The notes below the pieces were generated by a model. That model was not told where the DNA came from and did not search any database. It worked only from the letters and a program-made list of their open reading frames with translations. DNA of 64,000 nt. Origin: an uncultured Chloroflexia bacterium. GTDB lineage: Bacteria > Chloroflexota > Anaerolineae > JAAYZQ01. The stretch is from assembly GCA_963700285.1 (NCBI GenBank), contig CAVOXA010000004.1:1-64000 (forward strand). The letters are read 5' to 3'. A program made the translations under genes and the position numbers. Positions within the stretch are counted from its first letter, which is position 1; every line of letters begins with the position of its first letter. Of this stretch, positions 11,643 to 21,762 are shown piece by piece.

Positions 11643-11671
11643 TTGCAAAAAGCCGGCGCCTGTGCTATAGT
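11643..11671 (+). promoter_or_regulatory. Promoter of rpsF-ssb-rpsR
   Basis: TTGCAA-17-TATAGT with extended TG. Confidence 0.65.
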
Positions 11672-11714
11672 TGCGCCACTGTCAGAGGGCCGGTGTGTAG
11701 ACCAGTCCCGGCCT

Positions 11715-11767
11715 TCTCTTTCCGCTTGTGGCAGGACCACAGGCAATCCCATGGAAAGGAGGACGAC
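11715..11767 (+). promoter_or_regulatory. Probable S6:S18 ribosomal-protein leader RNA
   Basis: CTTTCC can pair with GGAAAG overlapping the SD, with a CCC in the internal loop, immediately 5' of rpsF. Matches the known rpsF leader architecture by eye only. Confidence 0.45.
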
Positions 11768-12067
11768 ATGAGAGAATACGAGCTGTTCCTTGTCATTGAC
11801 GCGGCCGTTGAAGAAGAAGAACTGGCCGCCATTGTCGAGCGAGTGACCGAATTGGTCGCGTTGGGCGATGGCAAGACCGGCGGCGAAGTGATCAAGGTAG
11901 ACCCCCGGGGCAAGCGTCGGCTGGCCTACCCCATCAGAAGAAAGACGGAAAGCCAAGACGTCATTTTCACGCTCCAGACCTTGCCTCAAGCTCTCCCCGA
12001 GCTTGAGCGATTCCTCAAGTTGCACGAGCAAGTTTTGCGCTATCTCATCGTGCGCACCGACGAATAG
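11768..12067 (+). CDS. rpsF: 30S ribosomal protein S6
   Basis: MREYEL..GKRRLAYPI..VLRYLIVR; AGGAGG RBS. Confidence 0.97.
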   Translation: MREYELFLVIDAAVEEEELAAIVERVTELVALGDGKTGGEVIKVDPRGKRRLAYPIRRKTESQDVIFTLQTLPQALPELERFLKLHEQVLRYLIVRTDE

Positions 12068-12169
12068 ACGAGGGGAATCGCTAGAGGGACCAAGATCAGC
12101 GAATATCGGGTGGAGAACGCATTTCGGCGAGTTCAGGCTGGAACCAGTACAAGCAAGGGAGTTGCGGGC

Positions 12170-13000
12170 ATGGCGCGGGGCATGAACAAGGTGACGGTGA
12201 TCGGATTCGTAGAGCGCGGCCCCGAGATGCGATGTGCATCTGACGGGCAGATGGTCACGTCTATTGGCGTGGCAACCGAGCGCCACTGGATCACCAATGC
12301 CGGTGACGCCCGCCAATCGACCGCATGGTTCCACATCGTCGCCTGGGGAAGTCTGGCAGAATCTGCAAACCGCTGGCTGCAAGAAGGACAGCGGGTCTAT
12401 GCCCAGGGACATTTGCAGACCCGGCAATGGGAGGATGCGCAAGGCCAGCGGCAAGTCCGTACTGAGGTCGTCGCCGACAAGCTGATCCCCATGGACCCCA
12501 GCGATGCCAGCGATGGGGAGAGGCCGGCGCGCGCGATCAAAGATCTGCCGCTCTGCCTGAACCGGATGATGGTTATCGGCAATCTCGGGCGCAATCCTGA
12601 CATGCGGTACACACCCGACGGGCAGGCCGTCACTTCTTTCAGCATTGCCGCGACCCACAAGTGGACCGCGGCCAGCGGAGAACGCGGGGATGCCACCGAA
12701 TGGTTCAATGTGATTTCGTGGGGCAGCCTGGCCGAGATTTGCAGTCAGTACCTGAGCAAAGGAAGCCGGGTGTACGTGGAGGGTGAATTGCGCACGCGCG
12801 GCTGGGAACAGCCCGGCGGCTCCAGACAATTCCGCACAGAGCTTGTGGCCAATGAAATGATCATGCTTGGCCCCCGCCCCGCATCAAGCGGGCCCAACAC
12901 GCTCTCGGATCAAGCAAAGCCAACCTACCTTTCTGAAAGCCTGCCGGCTGCAGAAGGGCGAACCGTTGGAACAAAGGAGAATGAAGGCAAGGATGACTGA
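12170..13000 (+). CDS. ssb: Single-stranded DNA-binding protein with two tandem OB folds
   Basis: [24 protein letters not shown] is followed by [38 protein letters not shown]. Canonical rpsF-ssb-rpsR synteny. Confidence 0.93.
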   Translation: MARGMNKVTVIGFVERGPEMRCASDGQMVTSIGVATERHWITNAGDARQSTAWFHIVAWGSLAESANRWLQEGQRVYAQGHLQTRQWEDAQGQRQVRTEVVADKLIPMDPSDASDGERPARAIKDLPLCLNRMMVIGNLGRNPDMRYTPDGQAVTSFSIAATHKWTAASGERGDATEWFNVISWGSLAEICSQYLSKGSRVYVEGELRTRGWEQPGGSRQFRTELVANEMIMLGPRPASSGPNTLSDQAKPTYLSESLPAAEGRTVGTKENEGKDD

Positions 13001-13376
13001 AGAACGAGAATCAAGACCGACCCAATCGAGTAGCCAGGGCCGGCCGCCGACGCGGTCGGGCCCACCGAGATCAGGCCCGTCCAGGTCAGGCCCCCCAAGA
13101 CGCGACTACAACCGCGGTCGGGGTGGCCCTGGTGGCGCACGAGGACGCTTCACACGGCGCGCCAAAGTGTGCTCCTTCTGTCTGGAAAAGAAAAAAGAGA
13201 TCGACTACAAGGACCTGGGCACCTTGCGACGATCGCTGACCGAACTGGGCAAGATCAAGAGCCGGCGCAAAACAGGCGCCTGCGCCAAGCACCAGCGCCG
13301 CCTGTCCATAGCGGTCAAACGGGCGCGATATCTGGCCCTGCTGCCCGTCACTTCCGAGCACATCCGGCGCTATTGA
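12993..13376 (+). CDS. rpsR: 30S ribosomal protein S18 (Zn-binding form, long RG/P-rich N-terminal extension)
   Basis: [40 protein letters not shown]. Confidence 0.97.
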   Translation: MTEERESRPTQSSSQGRPPTRSGPPRSGPSRSGPPRRDYNRGRGGPGGARGRFTRRAKVCSFCLEKKKEIDYKDLGTLRRSLTELGKIKSRRKTGACAKHQRRLSIAVKRARYLALLPVTSEHIRRY

Positions 13377-13558
13377 GTTCCGGTACCAATCGGCCCTTGC
13401 CCTCGTTCCCTCAGGCAGCATCCTCGCAGATGCCGCTTCAGGGAACGCAAGGGCTTGGCGCCAGCTTTCGGCTGGATACTGAGCCCCACCCCGGGGATGG
13501 GGCCCTATCCAGGCGGGGATGAGCGCCAGGCGCTGACATCCGGGAGAGAGAAGACCAT

Positions 13559-14767
13559 ATGGCCAAGCCAAAGCAAAGCAAAGGCGGTTCCGGGAAACGC
13601 TCGCAGCGCAGGAGCGAGTCCGAGATCGCCCTACAAACCAAGAAGCAGATCGCTATCAGCCGGCGACAATCCAGACAGAACCGCTATATCTATCTCGGCC
13701 TGGCCATTGTCGCCCTGATTATCCTGACCGTTCTAGGTTTCGCCCTGATCCAGGAACTAGTTCTCAAACCGGCCGCTCCCGTGAGCAGGGTCAATGGGAC
13801 CAAGATCGCCCTGGACGACTACGAGGACCTGCTCCAGTTCCGTCGCTACACCACACACATCAACATCCGCAACTTCCAGGACCAGTTGCAGAACATCGAT
13901 ACCAGCGACGCGAACAACCAGTTCCTGGTCTCGATCTACCAACAGCAGTTGGACCAGATGCAAAACAGCCTGGCCCTTTTGCCCGAGACCACCCTGGACG
14001 CGCTCATCGATGACGCCTTGATCCAGGAAAAGGCAAAGGAAGCCGGGATCACGGTCACCGATGAGGAGGTTGTCCAGAGCATCCAGGAAGACCTGGAGGG
14101 CGCCGCGGCGCCTCCTCCCCAGGTGCCCATCACAGGTACCCAAGAGATCTCGACGCCAACGCCGGTACCGCAGGAGGAACTGGACACGATCCTCCAGAAT
14201 GCGCTGGACAACATGGGGCTCAGCAAGAGCCAATACCAGGCCATTGTGAAGGACGGAATGGTCCGGGCCGAGGTCCAGGATCTGCTGGCCAGCCAGGTCA
14301 TCTCCCAGGGGCTGGTGGTCCACGTTCAGCTTATCCAGACAGGCACTGAGGAAGAGGCAAGCGCTGCCATGGCGCGCATCGAGGCCGGAGAGGATTTCGC
14401 CGTCGTCGCCACCGAGGTATCCACCGACACCATGTCGGTCGCGGACGGGGGAGATCTGGGCTGGGTCACAACCGGCCAACTGGCCCCCCGCTATGGCGAG
14501 GAACTGGAGACCGCGGTCATGGCCGCGCAGACCGGGGAGCTGACCATCGTGCAGAGCGGTGACAAGTACTACCTGTTCCTCGTCGCGGAACGGGACGAGA
14601 ATGGGCCGCTGCCGGCCGACGTACTCAGCCAGCGCCAGGCATCCGCCCTCACCGACTGGCTGGAAGAGCGCAAAGCATCGCCAGAGGTCAAGATCGAGCG
14701 CTTGCTGGAACCACAACAGATCCCGCCCGACCCCTTTGGCTACATCTCGGGCACAGGCAGCCCCTAG
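13559..14767 (+). CDS. Membrane-anchored SurA/PrsA-like peptidyl-prolyl isomerase
   Basis: One TM helix, SurA-N region (LIQEKAKEAGITVTDEEV) and parvulin motif GEDFAVVATEVSTD..GGDLGW. Confidence 0.85.
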   Translation: MAKPKQSKGGSGKRSQRRSESEIALQTKKQIAISRRQSRQNRYIYLGLAIVALIILTVLGFALIQELVLKPAAPVSRVNGTKIALDDYEDLLQFRRYTTHINIRNFQDQLQNIDTSDANNQFLVSIYQQQLDQMQNSLALLPETTLDALIDDALIQEKAKEAGITVTDEEVVQSIQEDLEGAAAPPPQVPITGTQEISTPTPVPQEELDTILQNALDNMGLSKSQYQAIVKDGMVRAEVQDLLASQVISQGLVVHVQLIQTGTEEEASAAMARIEAGEDFAVVATEVSTDTMSVADGGDLGWVTTGQLAPRYGEELETAVMAAQTGELTIVQSGDKYYLFLVAERDENGPLPADVLSQRQASALTDWLEERKASPEVKIERLLEPQQIPPDPFGYISGTGSP

Positions 14768-14787
14768 CCGGGCAACGAGTGAATTCA

Positions 14788-14829
14788 ACCTCGGGGGATT
14801 TACGCAACCCCCGAGGTCTTTTTGTTTTT
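14788..14829 (+). terminator. Rho-independent terminator
   Basis: ACCTCGGGGG/CCCCCGAGGT stem followed by CTTTTTGTTTTT. Confidence 0.85.
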
Positions 14830-14912
14830 GGGTCTATCCTCAGACTGGCGCCCCAAGACTCCCCCGATCCACGGCCCAGGGGGGGCTGGCCCGGAGGAGC
14901 GGCCCGGAAGCG

Positions 14913-17093
14913 CTAGTGCGCCTGCCGCGTTACCTCGATCACATTCGGGAGTCGCTCAATCTGATCCAGGATGCTGACCAATTGGCGGATGGAGGTGATC
15001 TCTAGCGTCGCCGTCAGCGTCACCAGGTTGGTCTTCTGGGGCAAGGTTGAGGTCACCCCGCGCATGTTGACCCCCTCAGCCGCGATGACCGTGGCAATGT
15101 CCCGCAGCAGACCATCCCGATCCCAGGCCCGCGCCCGTATGACCACCGGGTAGATACGCTCCTCCACGGCGCCCCAGTCCACCTCAATGAGGCGTTCTAC
15201 CTCACCCTGGTTGGTGCGTACCAGGATGTTGGGACAGTTCCACTTGTGGATCGTCACCCCACTGCCGCGGGTCACATAGCCGATGATAGGTTCAGGGTCG
15301 TCCGGCTGCGGTTTGCAGCACTGGGCCAACTGCGTGTACAGGTCGCCGACCCCCTTGACGCGGATGCCCTCCGGCGTCACCGCTATCGCGGCCTCTTCCC
15401 CCTCGGGAAAGACCTCATCGCGGCGCAGTTCGTGCAAGACCCTGGCCGCTACCCGCTGCGTGTTCAGATCGCCAAAGCCGATGGCAGCCAAAAAGTCGTC
15501 CAGGTGCTTGTACTCAAAGAGGGCCGCGACCTCCTGGTGTGTGACGCCGTCGGCCAGATTCAGCCGCTTTAGCTCCCGCTTTAGCTGCTCTCGCCCAAAG
15601 GCGATATTCTCCTCGCGATTCTGCAGGCGGAACCAGCGGCGGATCTTTTGCCGGCTTCGCGCCGACTGGACATAGCCCAGCTCGGGTCTCAGCCAGTCGC
15701 GGCTGGGACCTCCCTGCTTGGCCGTAATGATCTCCACCTGGTCGCCGTTCTTCAGCTTGTAGGTCAAAGGCACGAGGCGCCCGTTCACACGGGCGCCCCG
15801 GCAGCGGTTGCCCACCTCTGTGTGGATATAGTAGGCAAAGTCGATGGAGGTCGAGCCCGCGGGCAGATCCAGCACCTTGCCCTGAGGGCTGAATACGTAG
15901 ACGCGGTCCTCCAGTACATCGGTCTTTAGGCTGTCTACGAACTCCCTGGCGTCCTCAACGTCAGAGCGCCAGTCCATGAGGGAGCGGAGCCAGGCCACCT
16001 TGTTCTCAAAGGCCGAGTCGCGCCGGGTTCCCTCTTTGTAACGCCAGTGGGCGGCGATGCCCAACTCGGCCCGGCGATGCATTTCTCTCGTCCGGATCTG
16101 CGCCTCAACCGTTCTACCCTCCGGTCCAACAACCGCGGTATGCAGGGACTGGTACATGTTGTCTTTGGGCGTTGCGATGAAATCGTCAAACTGGCCGGGG
16201 ATCGGCTTCCACTGCGAATGAATGACTCCCAGCGCCGCGTAGCAATCCTGCAGGCTTTCCACGACGACCCGCAGACCCCAGACGTCATAGATCTGGTCAA
16301 AGTCAACATCCTTGCGGCGCATCTTGCGATAGATGCTATAGATGTGTTTGGACCGGCCGTCAATCTGGGCCGCAATGCCTTCCAGGCGCAGGCGTGACTG
16401 CAGCTCGGCGATGACTCTCTGGATATAGCGATCCCTCTTTTCCCGCCGCTCTGCGATGAGGCTCGCGATGTGATGGTAGGTATCCGGATCATAGTACCGC
16501 AGACCCAAGTCCTCCAGCTCCCATTTCATCTGCCAGATGCCAAGGCGGTTGGCCAGGGGGGCAAAGATCTCTAGCGTCTCGCGGGCAATGCGCTCGCGAC
16601 GGTCCGGCGACAGGGATCCCAGCGTACGCATGTTGTGCAGTCTGTCCGCCAGCTTGATCAGGACGACGCGCACGTCATCCACCATGGCCAGGAACATCTT
16701 GCGCAGGCTCTCAGCCTCCTCGGCTTCGATGTCGCGGCTGCCCATCTTGCTCATGGTGTCGATGTAGGCCAGTTTGGTCACACCATCCACCAGGCTGGCC
16801 ACCTCCGCATCGAAACGCTCCTCCACGTCCAGGACCGTCCAATCGGTGTCCTCGACCACGTCATGCAGCAGCGCGGCAGCGACCGTGTGGTAGTCAAGCC
16901 CGAGTTCCGCCAGCATGCGGGCAACCTCCACACAGTGGACGACAAAGGGCTCGCCTGAAACCCTCGTCTGTCCATCGTGCGCGAAAACCGCCTGCTCGTA
17001 GGCCTTCACCACCAGAGCCAGTTCGGCCCCGCTGAATCTCTCGGCCGCCCACTCGATCTGCTGCACTTCCGCCACAGACAACTCCCGCCCCAA
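14913..17093 (-). CDS. relA: Bifunctional (p)ppGpp synthetase/hydrolase Rel
   Basis: HD motif ALLHDVVED, IKLADRLHNMRTL, synthetase YQSLHT, TGS, CC and ACT domains. Confidence 0.96.
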   Translation of the reverse strand: MGRELSVAEVQQIEWAAERFSGAELALVVKAYEQAVFAHDGQTRVSGEPFVVHCVEVARMLAELGLDYHTVAAALLHDVVEDTDWTVLDVEERFDAEVASLVDGVTKLAYIDTMSKMGSRDIEAEEAESLRKMFLAMVDDVRVVLIKLADRLHNMRTLGSLSPDRRERIARETLEIFAPLANRLGIWQMKWELEDLGLRYYDPDTYHHIASLIAERREKRDRYIQRVIAELQSRLRLEGIAAQIDGRSKHIYSIYRKMRRKDVDFDQIYDVWGLRVVVESLQDCYAALGVIHSQWKPIPGQFDDFIATPKDNMYQSLHTAVVGPEGRTVEAQIRTREMHRRAELGIAAHWRYKEGTRRDSAFENKVAWLRSLMDWRSDVEDAREFVDSLKTDVLEDRVYVFSPQGKVLDLPAGSTSIDFAYYIHTEVGNRCRGARVNGRLVPLTYKLKNGDQVEIITAKQGGPSRDWLRPELGYVQSARSRQKIRRWFRLQNREENIAFGREQLKRELKRLNLADGVTHQEVAALFEYKHLDDFLAAIGFGDLNTQRVAARVLHELRRDEVFPEGEEAAIAVTPEGIRVKGVGDLYTQLAQCCKPQPDDPEPIIGYVTRGSGVTIHKWNCPNILVRTNQGEVERLIEVDWGAVEERIYPVVIRARAWDRDGLLRDIATVIAAEGVNMRGVTSTLPQKTNLVTLTATLEITSIRQLVSILDQIERLPNVIEVTRQAH

Positions 17094-17418
17094 TCCATCG
17101 AAATGTCACTGTAGTATAGCGCAAAACCAGGTTTTGTGCAACCAGACCCTCTCATCCTATTAGGGCTGTTGCATAGAACCTGTCATGTCCGCGATAGCCT
17201 GTCATGCCCGCGCAGGCGGGCATCCATTCGTGCAATTGCCTGATCCGGCACTGGCGGACCACTTGACGTCGTCGTGCAAGACCAGTATACTTGCGGTTGT
17301 TCTGACAGCCGTACCGACTTGGGCCCAACCGGGTGCAGCTCGATCGCCAGTGAAAAGCCGGCGTCTATGGTGGGCGCTTTGCCGCCAGGGGACGCGAGTC
17401 CGCAGCAAGAGAGAAGAC

Positions 17419-17964
17419 ATGTTTCCGTTGGGGCACGTAGCATACACCTGGGCAGCCGTGACCTGGCTGCAATCACGGGGCCAAGCGCGGGACCTCGACT
17501 ACCGGGGTGCGGCCCTGGCCGCCATGCTTCCGGACCTGGTCGACAAGCCCTTGTCCCTGACCGTCATGTCCAATTCCGGCACCAGCCAGGGTCTGAGCCA
17601 CACGCTCCTGGGGCAGGCCCTTCTGACACTGGCCGTGGCCCGGTTCAAGCCAGGGTGGCTGCCCTACGCGCTCATCAGCAACAGCCACCTTGCAGCGGAC
17701 CAGATGTGGAAGTACCCCCGAACCCTGTTCTATCCCTTCTCCGGGCAGCTCGACTCCTGGAAATTCATGGGCACGCCCTCGGCCATGCTCAGCGCCTACG
17801 CCGAGATCGCCACCCGGCCGGCCATCGTCGCCGTCGAAGCCCTGGGGGTCGCACTGCTGGCCTGGGTGGTGCGCAAAGGACGGCTGCAGACCAAAGAGGG
17901 CCTGGTCCAGCTCCTGGCAACGGGAAAGCTGGGAGTTGGCGAGGGGAAGGAACCGTGCGCGTAA
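17419..17964 (+). CDS. Membrane-bound metal-dependent hydrolase (YdjM-like)
   Basis: GH..AMLPDLVDKPL..SHTLL..SHLAAD motif series. Confidence 0.75.
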   Translation: MFPLGHVAYTWAAVTWLQSRGQARDLDYRGAALAAMLPDLVDKPLSLTVMSNSGTSQGLSHTLLGQALLTLAVARFKPGWLPYALISNSHLAADQMWKYPRTLFYPFSGQLDSWKFMGTPSAMLSAYAEIATRPAIVAVEALGVALLAWVVRKGRLQTKEGLVQLLATGKLGVGEGKEPCA

Positions 17965-18512
17965 TTGCGGGCAAAGCCAAGGGCATGCAGTTGCAGGCGG
18001 TACCGGGCAGCGGTACGCGCCCCATATCCGACCGGGTCAAAGAGGCCCTCTTTAACATCCTGGGGGCAGAGACGGTGGGCGCCCGCCTGCTCGACCTTTT
18101 TGCCGGAACGGGTAGCGTGGGCATAGAGGCGCTCAGCCGGGGGGCGGAACAGGTTGTTTTTGTCGAAAAGCGCGCCCAGGCCATCTCGACCATCCACGCC
18201 AACCTGCGCCACACCAAGCTCCAGGCCGGCGGCCGCGTCGTCAAGGCCGACGTCTTTCGGTACCTTCAGGGTGAGCCGGAACCTTTTGACCTCGTGTATG
18301 TCGCCCCTCCCCAGTACGAGGGGTTTTGGAGCCAGACCCTTCTGGCGCTGGAGGCCAATCCGGGCTGGCTCAGCCGGTACGGCCTTGTCGTCGTCCAGAT
18401 CTTTCCCAAAGAACTGGAGGCCCTGCCCCTGGAAACCCTGCAACTGGTCGACCAGCGCAAGTACGGCAGCACCCTGCTCTGTTTCTACGAACCCGCCCCG
18501 CCCGGCACCTAG
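17955..18512 (+). CDS. rsmD: 16S rRNA (guanine966-N2)-methyltransferase RsmD
   Basis: VRVIAGKAKG..TRPISDRVKEALFN..LDLFAGTGSVGIEALSRGA..PPQY. Confidence 0.93.
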   Translation: MRVIAGKAKGMQLQAVPGSGTRPISDRVKEALFNILGAETVGARLLDLFAGTGSVGIEALSRGAEQVVFVEKRAQAISTIHANLRHTKLQAGGRVVKADVFRYLQGEPEPFDLVYVAPPQYEGFWSQTLLALEANPGWLSRYGLVVVQIFPKELEALPLETLQLVDQRKYGSTLLCFYEPAPPGT

Positions 18513-18564
18513 CCCGCCGCCGGGTGCTCGGCTGTGGTCCAGCACAAGCGATGACTCATTAGCG

Positions 18565-18746
18565 GCCATCCAATAACAGCCATCCAATAACAGCCATCCA
18601 ATAACAGCCATTCAATAACAGCCATCCAATAACAGCCATCCAATAACAGCCATCCAGTAACAGCCATCCAATAACAGCCATCCAATAACAGCCATCCAAT
18701 AACAGCCATCCAATAACAGCCATCCAATAACAGCCATCCAATAACA
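18565..18746. repeat. Tandem repeat, 13 x 14 bp GCCATCCAATAACA
   Basis: Counted directly; two copies carry single substitutions; no spacers. Confidence 0.97.
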
Positions 18747-18804
18747 GCTCTAGGCGGACCACAGTCCGCCGCTTTGCGCCCACAGGTGCTGGACTGTGGT
18801 CCAG

Positions 18805-18874
18805 CACAAGCAATCTCTCACAAGCAATCTCTCACAAGCAATCTCTCACAAGCAATCTCTCACAAGCAATCACT
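18805..18874. repeat. Tandem repeat, 5 x 14 bp CACAAGCAATCTCT
   Basis: Counted directly; the last copy is a variant. Confidence 0.95.
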
Positions 18875-18899
18875 CAACGAAACCCGCCCATTTTCCCTA

Positions 18900-18928
18900 T
18901 TGGCAAAACCCTCATTCTATGCTACAAT
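18900..18928 (+). promoter_or_regulatory. Sigma70 promoter of the HEAT-repeat gene
   Basis: TTGGCA-17-TACAAT with extended TG. Confidence 0.6.
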
Positions 18929-18959
18929 AGGACCATGAACAAGAGTCAATGGGTACACG

Positions 18960-20018
18960 ATGCCAACTGATTTGGAGAAACTAAAGCTGGCGAGGCTGCT
19001 GGAAGACCTGGGGGCTGGCATAGAAGCGATTCCAACCTCTCAGCTCTACCCACTTTCTGATCTCGCAGGGAAACAACTCGACGAGTTCCGCGCGGTATGG
19101 GACACGCTGCCGGTAGAGCGCCGCCGCCGCCTGGCGCGCGCCCTGGTCGATTTTGCCGAAACCAACTTTGAGGTGAATTTCGACGCGATCTATACCTATA
19201 GCCTGGTCGATCACGACCACGAGATTCGGGCGGCAGCCATTGACGGCTTGTGGGAAAACAAAGAGACCGCCCTCGTCGGACCTTTTCTGACCATGCTGCG
19301 AAGCGATCCCTCCCCAGAGGTACGATCCGCGGCCGCTGCCGGCCTGGGACGCTACGTGCTGGCTGGGGAGCTGGAACAGCTCGAGCAGACCATCCAGTCA
19401 CGCATTGTGAGCGAACTCCTGACGACCTTCCACCTCATCGGTGAGAGCGTTGACGTGCGCCGCCGCGCCCTCGAGTCGGCAGCCTACGCCTGCACCGACG
19501 AGGTCCTCGAACTGCTGGATCTCGCCTATTACGACGACGAGGAAGAGATGCGCATCAGTGCCATCACTGGAATGGGCCGCAGCTGCGACCAGCGTTGGGC
19601 GGAGAACATTCTCATCGAGTTGGACAGTTCCACGGACGCCATGCGCTACGCAGCAGCCCTGGCCAGTGGAGAGTTGGCGTTACGCCAAGCCGCGCCGATC
19701 CTGGCGCAGCTTATCTATGACCCGGACAGCCAGATCCGTGAGGCCGCCATCCACGCGCTGGGGCAGATGGGTGGCTCCGAGGCCAAGGTGGCCCTGCTGG
19801 CCGCCTACGACGAGTCCGACGAGGATACCCGCTTTGCCATTGACGAGGCGCTGGCCGAGCATGCCCTGGCCGAGGGCGATCTTGACTTTCTGCTCTACCA
19901 AGTGGACGGCGACTTGTCGGCAGACCTGGGTGATAAGGACGACTATGACCTTTGGGGTGACGGCGGGGATGAACCCGACGACACCGATCTGGACGACTGG
20001 ATGCTGGACGCCGACTAG
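18960..20018 (+). CDS. HEAT-repeat protein with acidic C-terminal tail
   Basis: Repeated D..vR.aAa.aLG units; D/E-rich end. Confidence 0.85.
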   Translation: MPTDLEKLKLARLLEDLGAGIEAIPTSQLYPLSDLAGKQLDEFRAVWDTLPVERRRRLARALVDFAETNFEVNFDAIYTYSLVDHDHEIRAAAIDGLWENKETALVGPFLTMLRSDPSPEVRSAAAAGLGRYVLAGELEQLEQTIQSRIVSELLTTFHLIGESVDVRRRALESAAYACTDEVLELLDLAYYDDEEEMRISAITGMGRSCDQRWAENILIELDSSTDAMRYAAALASGELALRQAAPILAQLIYDPDSQIREAAIHALGQMGGSEAKVALLAAYDESDEDTRFAIDEALAEHALAEGDLDFLLYQVDGDLSADLGDKDDYDLWGDGGDEPDDTDLDDWMLDAD

Positions 20019-20304
20019 TACGACAGGCCCCCCGGACCTTCAGACCTCATGTGCCACCACTGGCAGTAGCACAGACATGAACCTGGATTGCCCCCTATGC
20101 ACGAAAAGATCTTTGTCGATGGCCGGCGTGATGTCGCGCAAAAAGCAGGTCGTGCCCATCCTGCCCCGCATCGCCAGGCAGCACGCGGCCAAAGCCTGAG
20201 CCCCGGTGTACAGGCAACAGGCCAGAAGCACGAACCGTTCGTAGTAGGCGCTTCAGCGCCGTGAAATAAAGAGAAATCAAGGCACACGCACCAGAGGCAA
20301 GGGG

Positions 20305-20835
20305 ATGAATCAGCAAGCACCGCCTCCAAATACAGAGCTGGACCAGGCCCACCAAGCACTCAACCGCGGTGCCAAGCTCTTGCAGCGCGGCGAGGTCCAG
20401 GAGGCCATTCCCTTCCTGGAGCGCGCCCATGAACTGGAGCCGTCAGACGTACCGACCCTCATCACGTTGGGAGGCGCCTACGTTGTGGCCGGCCGCCACA
20501 AAAAGGCTGTCCCCCTGCTAGAAGCCGCCCGCGACGCCGAGCCCGACAACGCCATGGTCTGGATCAACCTGGGAGCCGCCTACCTGGGCAATCCGGTCCT
20601 GGCCACGGACGAGCAGCAGATGAGGGCTATCGAGGCCTTTGAGAAAGCCCTGGAGCTGAATCCGGTGGCCCCCAGCGTCGACTACAACCTGGGCCTCATC
20701 TTTGTCGACCGAGACGAAACCGACCTGGCCCAGGCCGCCTTCCGCCGGGCGATACAGGCCAACCCCATGGACCGCGACGCGCGCCTCTGGATCCGCAGGT
20801 TGCAAGAGAAAGAGGCGGACGAACAAGAGGCCTAG
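20305..20835 (+). CDS. Tetratricopeptide repeat protein
   Basis: EAIPFLERAHELEP, WINLGAAY, AFEKALELNP..YNLG repeats. Confidence 0.88.
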   Translation: MNQQAPPPNTELDQAHQALNRGAKLLQRGEVQEAIPFLERAHELEPSDVPTLITLGGAYVVAGRHKKAVPLLEAARDAEPDNAMVWINLGAAYLGNPVLATDEQQMRAIEAFEKALELNPVAPSVDYNLGLIFVDRDETDLAQAAFRRAIQANPMDRDARLWIRRLQEKEADEQEA

Positions 20836-20879
20836 GGGTTCGAAAGACCCCAGGGTCTGACGCCGCAGGCTCTCGTATC

Positions 20880-21190
20880 AATTCCGGCGGAAAGAGCGCC
20901 AGGCTGACCTGTCATTCCCGCACGCTTTTGGCGGGAATCCACGCCACCGGCAACCGTCACCGCCGCAGAGTGGATGCCCGCGCCGGCCAGATCTGTCATT
21001 GCGAGTGCTCCATGGCACAGGGCGCCACTCTGAATGGAATGACACCTGACCCCGTCATTGCGAGCGGAGGCGCTTTTTGCCGGAGCGAAGCAAACCCCAA
21101 CTACACAAGTGGAGACTGCCACCGCGAGGCCTCGTGGTGGTGCTTCGGCCCAAACGGCAGGCCTCGCAGTGACAGGATCGGTGTCATTAG
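20880..21190. repeat. Cluster of REP-like palindromes (GTCATTCCCGC..GCGGGAATCC and GTCATTGCGAG..GAAGCAA types)
   Basis: Related copies at ~10134-10163, ~17201-17226 and ~23111-23135. Confidence 0.6.
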
Positions 21191-21200
21191 TAGGCTCCTC

Positions 21201-21229
21201 TTGCCGGTTGGTACAAATTGTGCTATCAT
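21201..21229 (+). promoter_or_regulatory. Promoter of the DUF488 operon
   Basis: TTGCCG-17-TATCAT with extended TG. Confidence 0.55.
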
Positions 21230-21290
21230 GGGAATAGAGACCGAGTGTAGAGACAGGGTCGAGTTTTACCCCAGAGACGGCGAAAGCAAG

Positions 21291-21755
21291 ATGACACAGA
21301 TCTATACCATCGGCCACAGCAACCACGAACTGCCAGCTTTCCTGGCACTGCTCCAGGACTACGACGTTCAGCTTCTCATCGACGTCCGCAGCAGCCCCTA
21401 CAGCCGCTATGTGCCCCACGCCAACCGCGAGAACCTGGGCCGCGCCCTGGAAGCGGCGGGCATCCACTATCGCTGGGAGGGCGAACGCCTGGGCGGCAAG
21501 CCCGAGGGCGACGTAGTGGATTATGACAAGATGTCTGCCCAACCGGCCTTCCAGCAGGGTGTCGACGATCTGTGCATACTGGCTGGCGAGCGCCGCACGG
21601 CCGTCATGTGCTCCGAGGGCGACCACCTCAAGTGCCACCGGCACAAACTCATCACCCCAGCCCTCCTGGACCGGGAGATCCATGTCTTGCACATCCAGCC
21701 CGACGGCACGCTGGTGGACGAGAACGAGGAACCCAGGCAACTGACCCTTTTCTGA
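21291..21755 (+). CDS. DUF488 family protein
   Basis: IYTIGHSNH..LIDVRSSP..LGG..MCSEGDHLKCHR; ends in QLTLF. Confidence 0.9.
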   Translation: MTQIYTIGHSNHELPAFLALLQDYDVQLLIDVRSSPYSRYVPHANRENLGRALEAAGIHYRWEGERLGGKPEGDVVDYDKMSAQPAFQQGVDDLCILAGERRTAVMCSEGDHLKCHRHKLITPALLDREIHVLHIQPDGTLVDENEEPRQLTLF

Positions 21756-21762
21756 GGTGCCC

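Noticed and set aside
17796-18813. Minus-strand repeat-protein ORFs (MAVIGWLLLDGCYW)n
   Set aside because: Translation artefacts of the 14-bp tandem array.
18565-18874. CRISPR array
   Set aside because: Units are 14 bp, head-to-tail with no unique spacers, and there are no cas genes.
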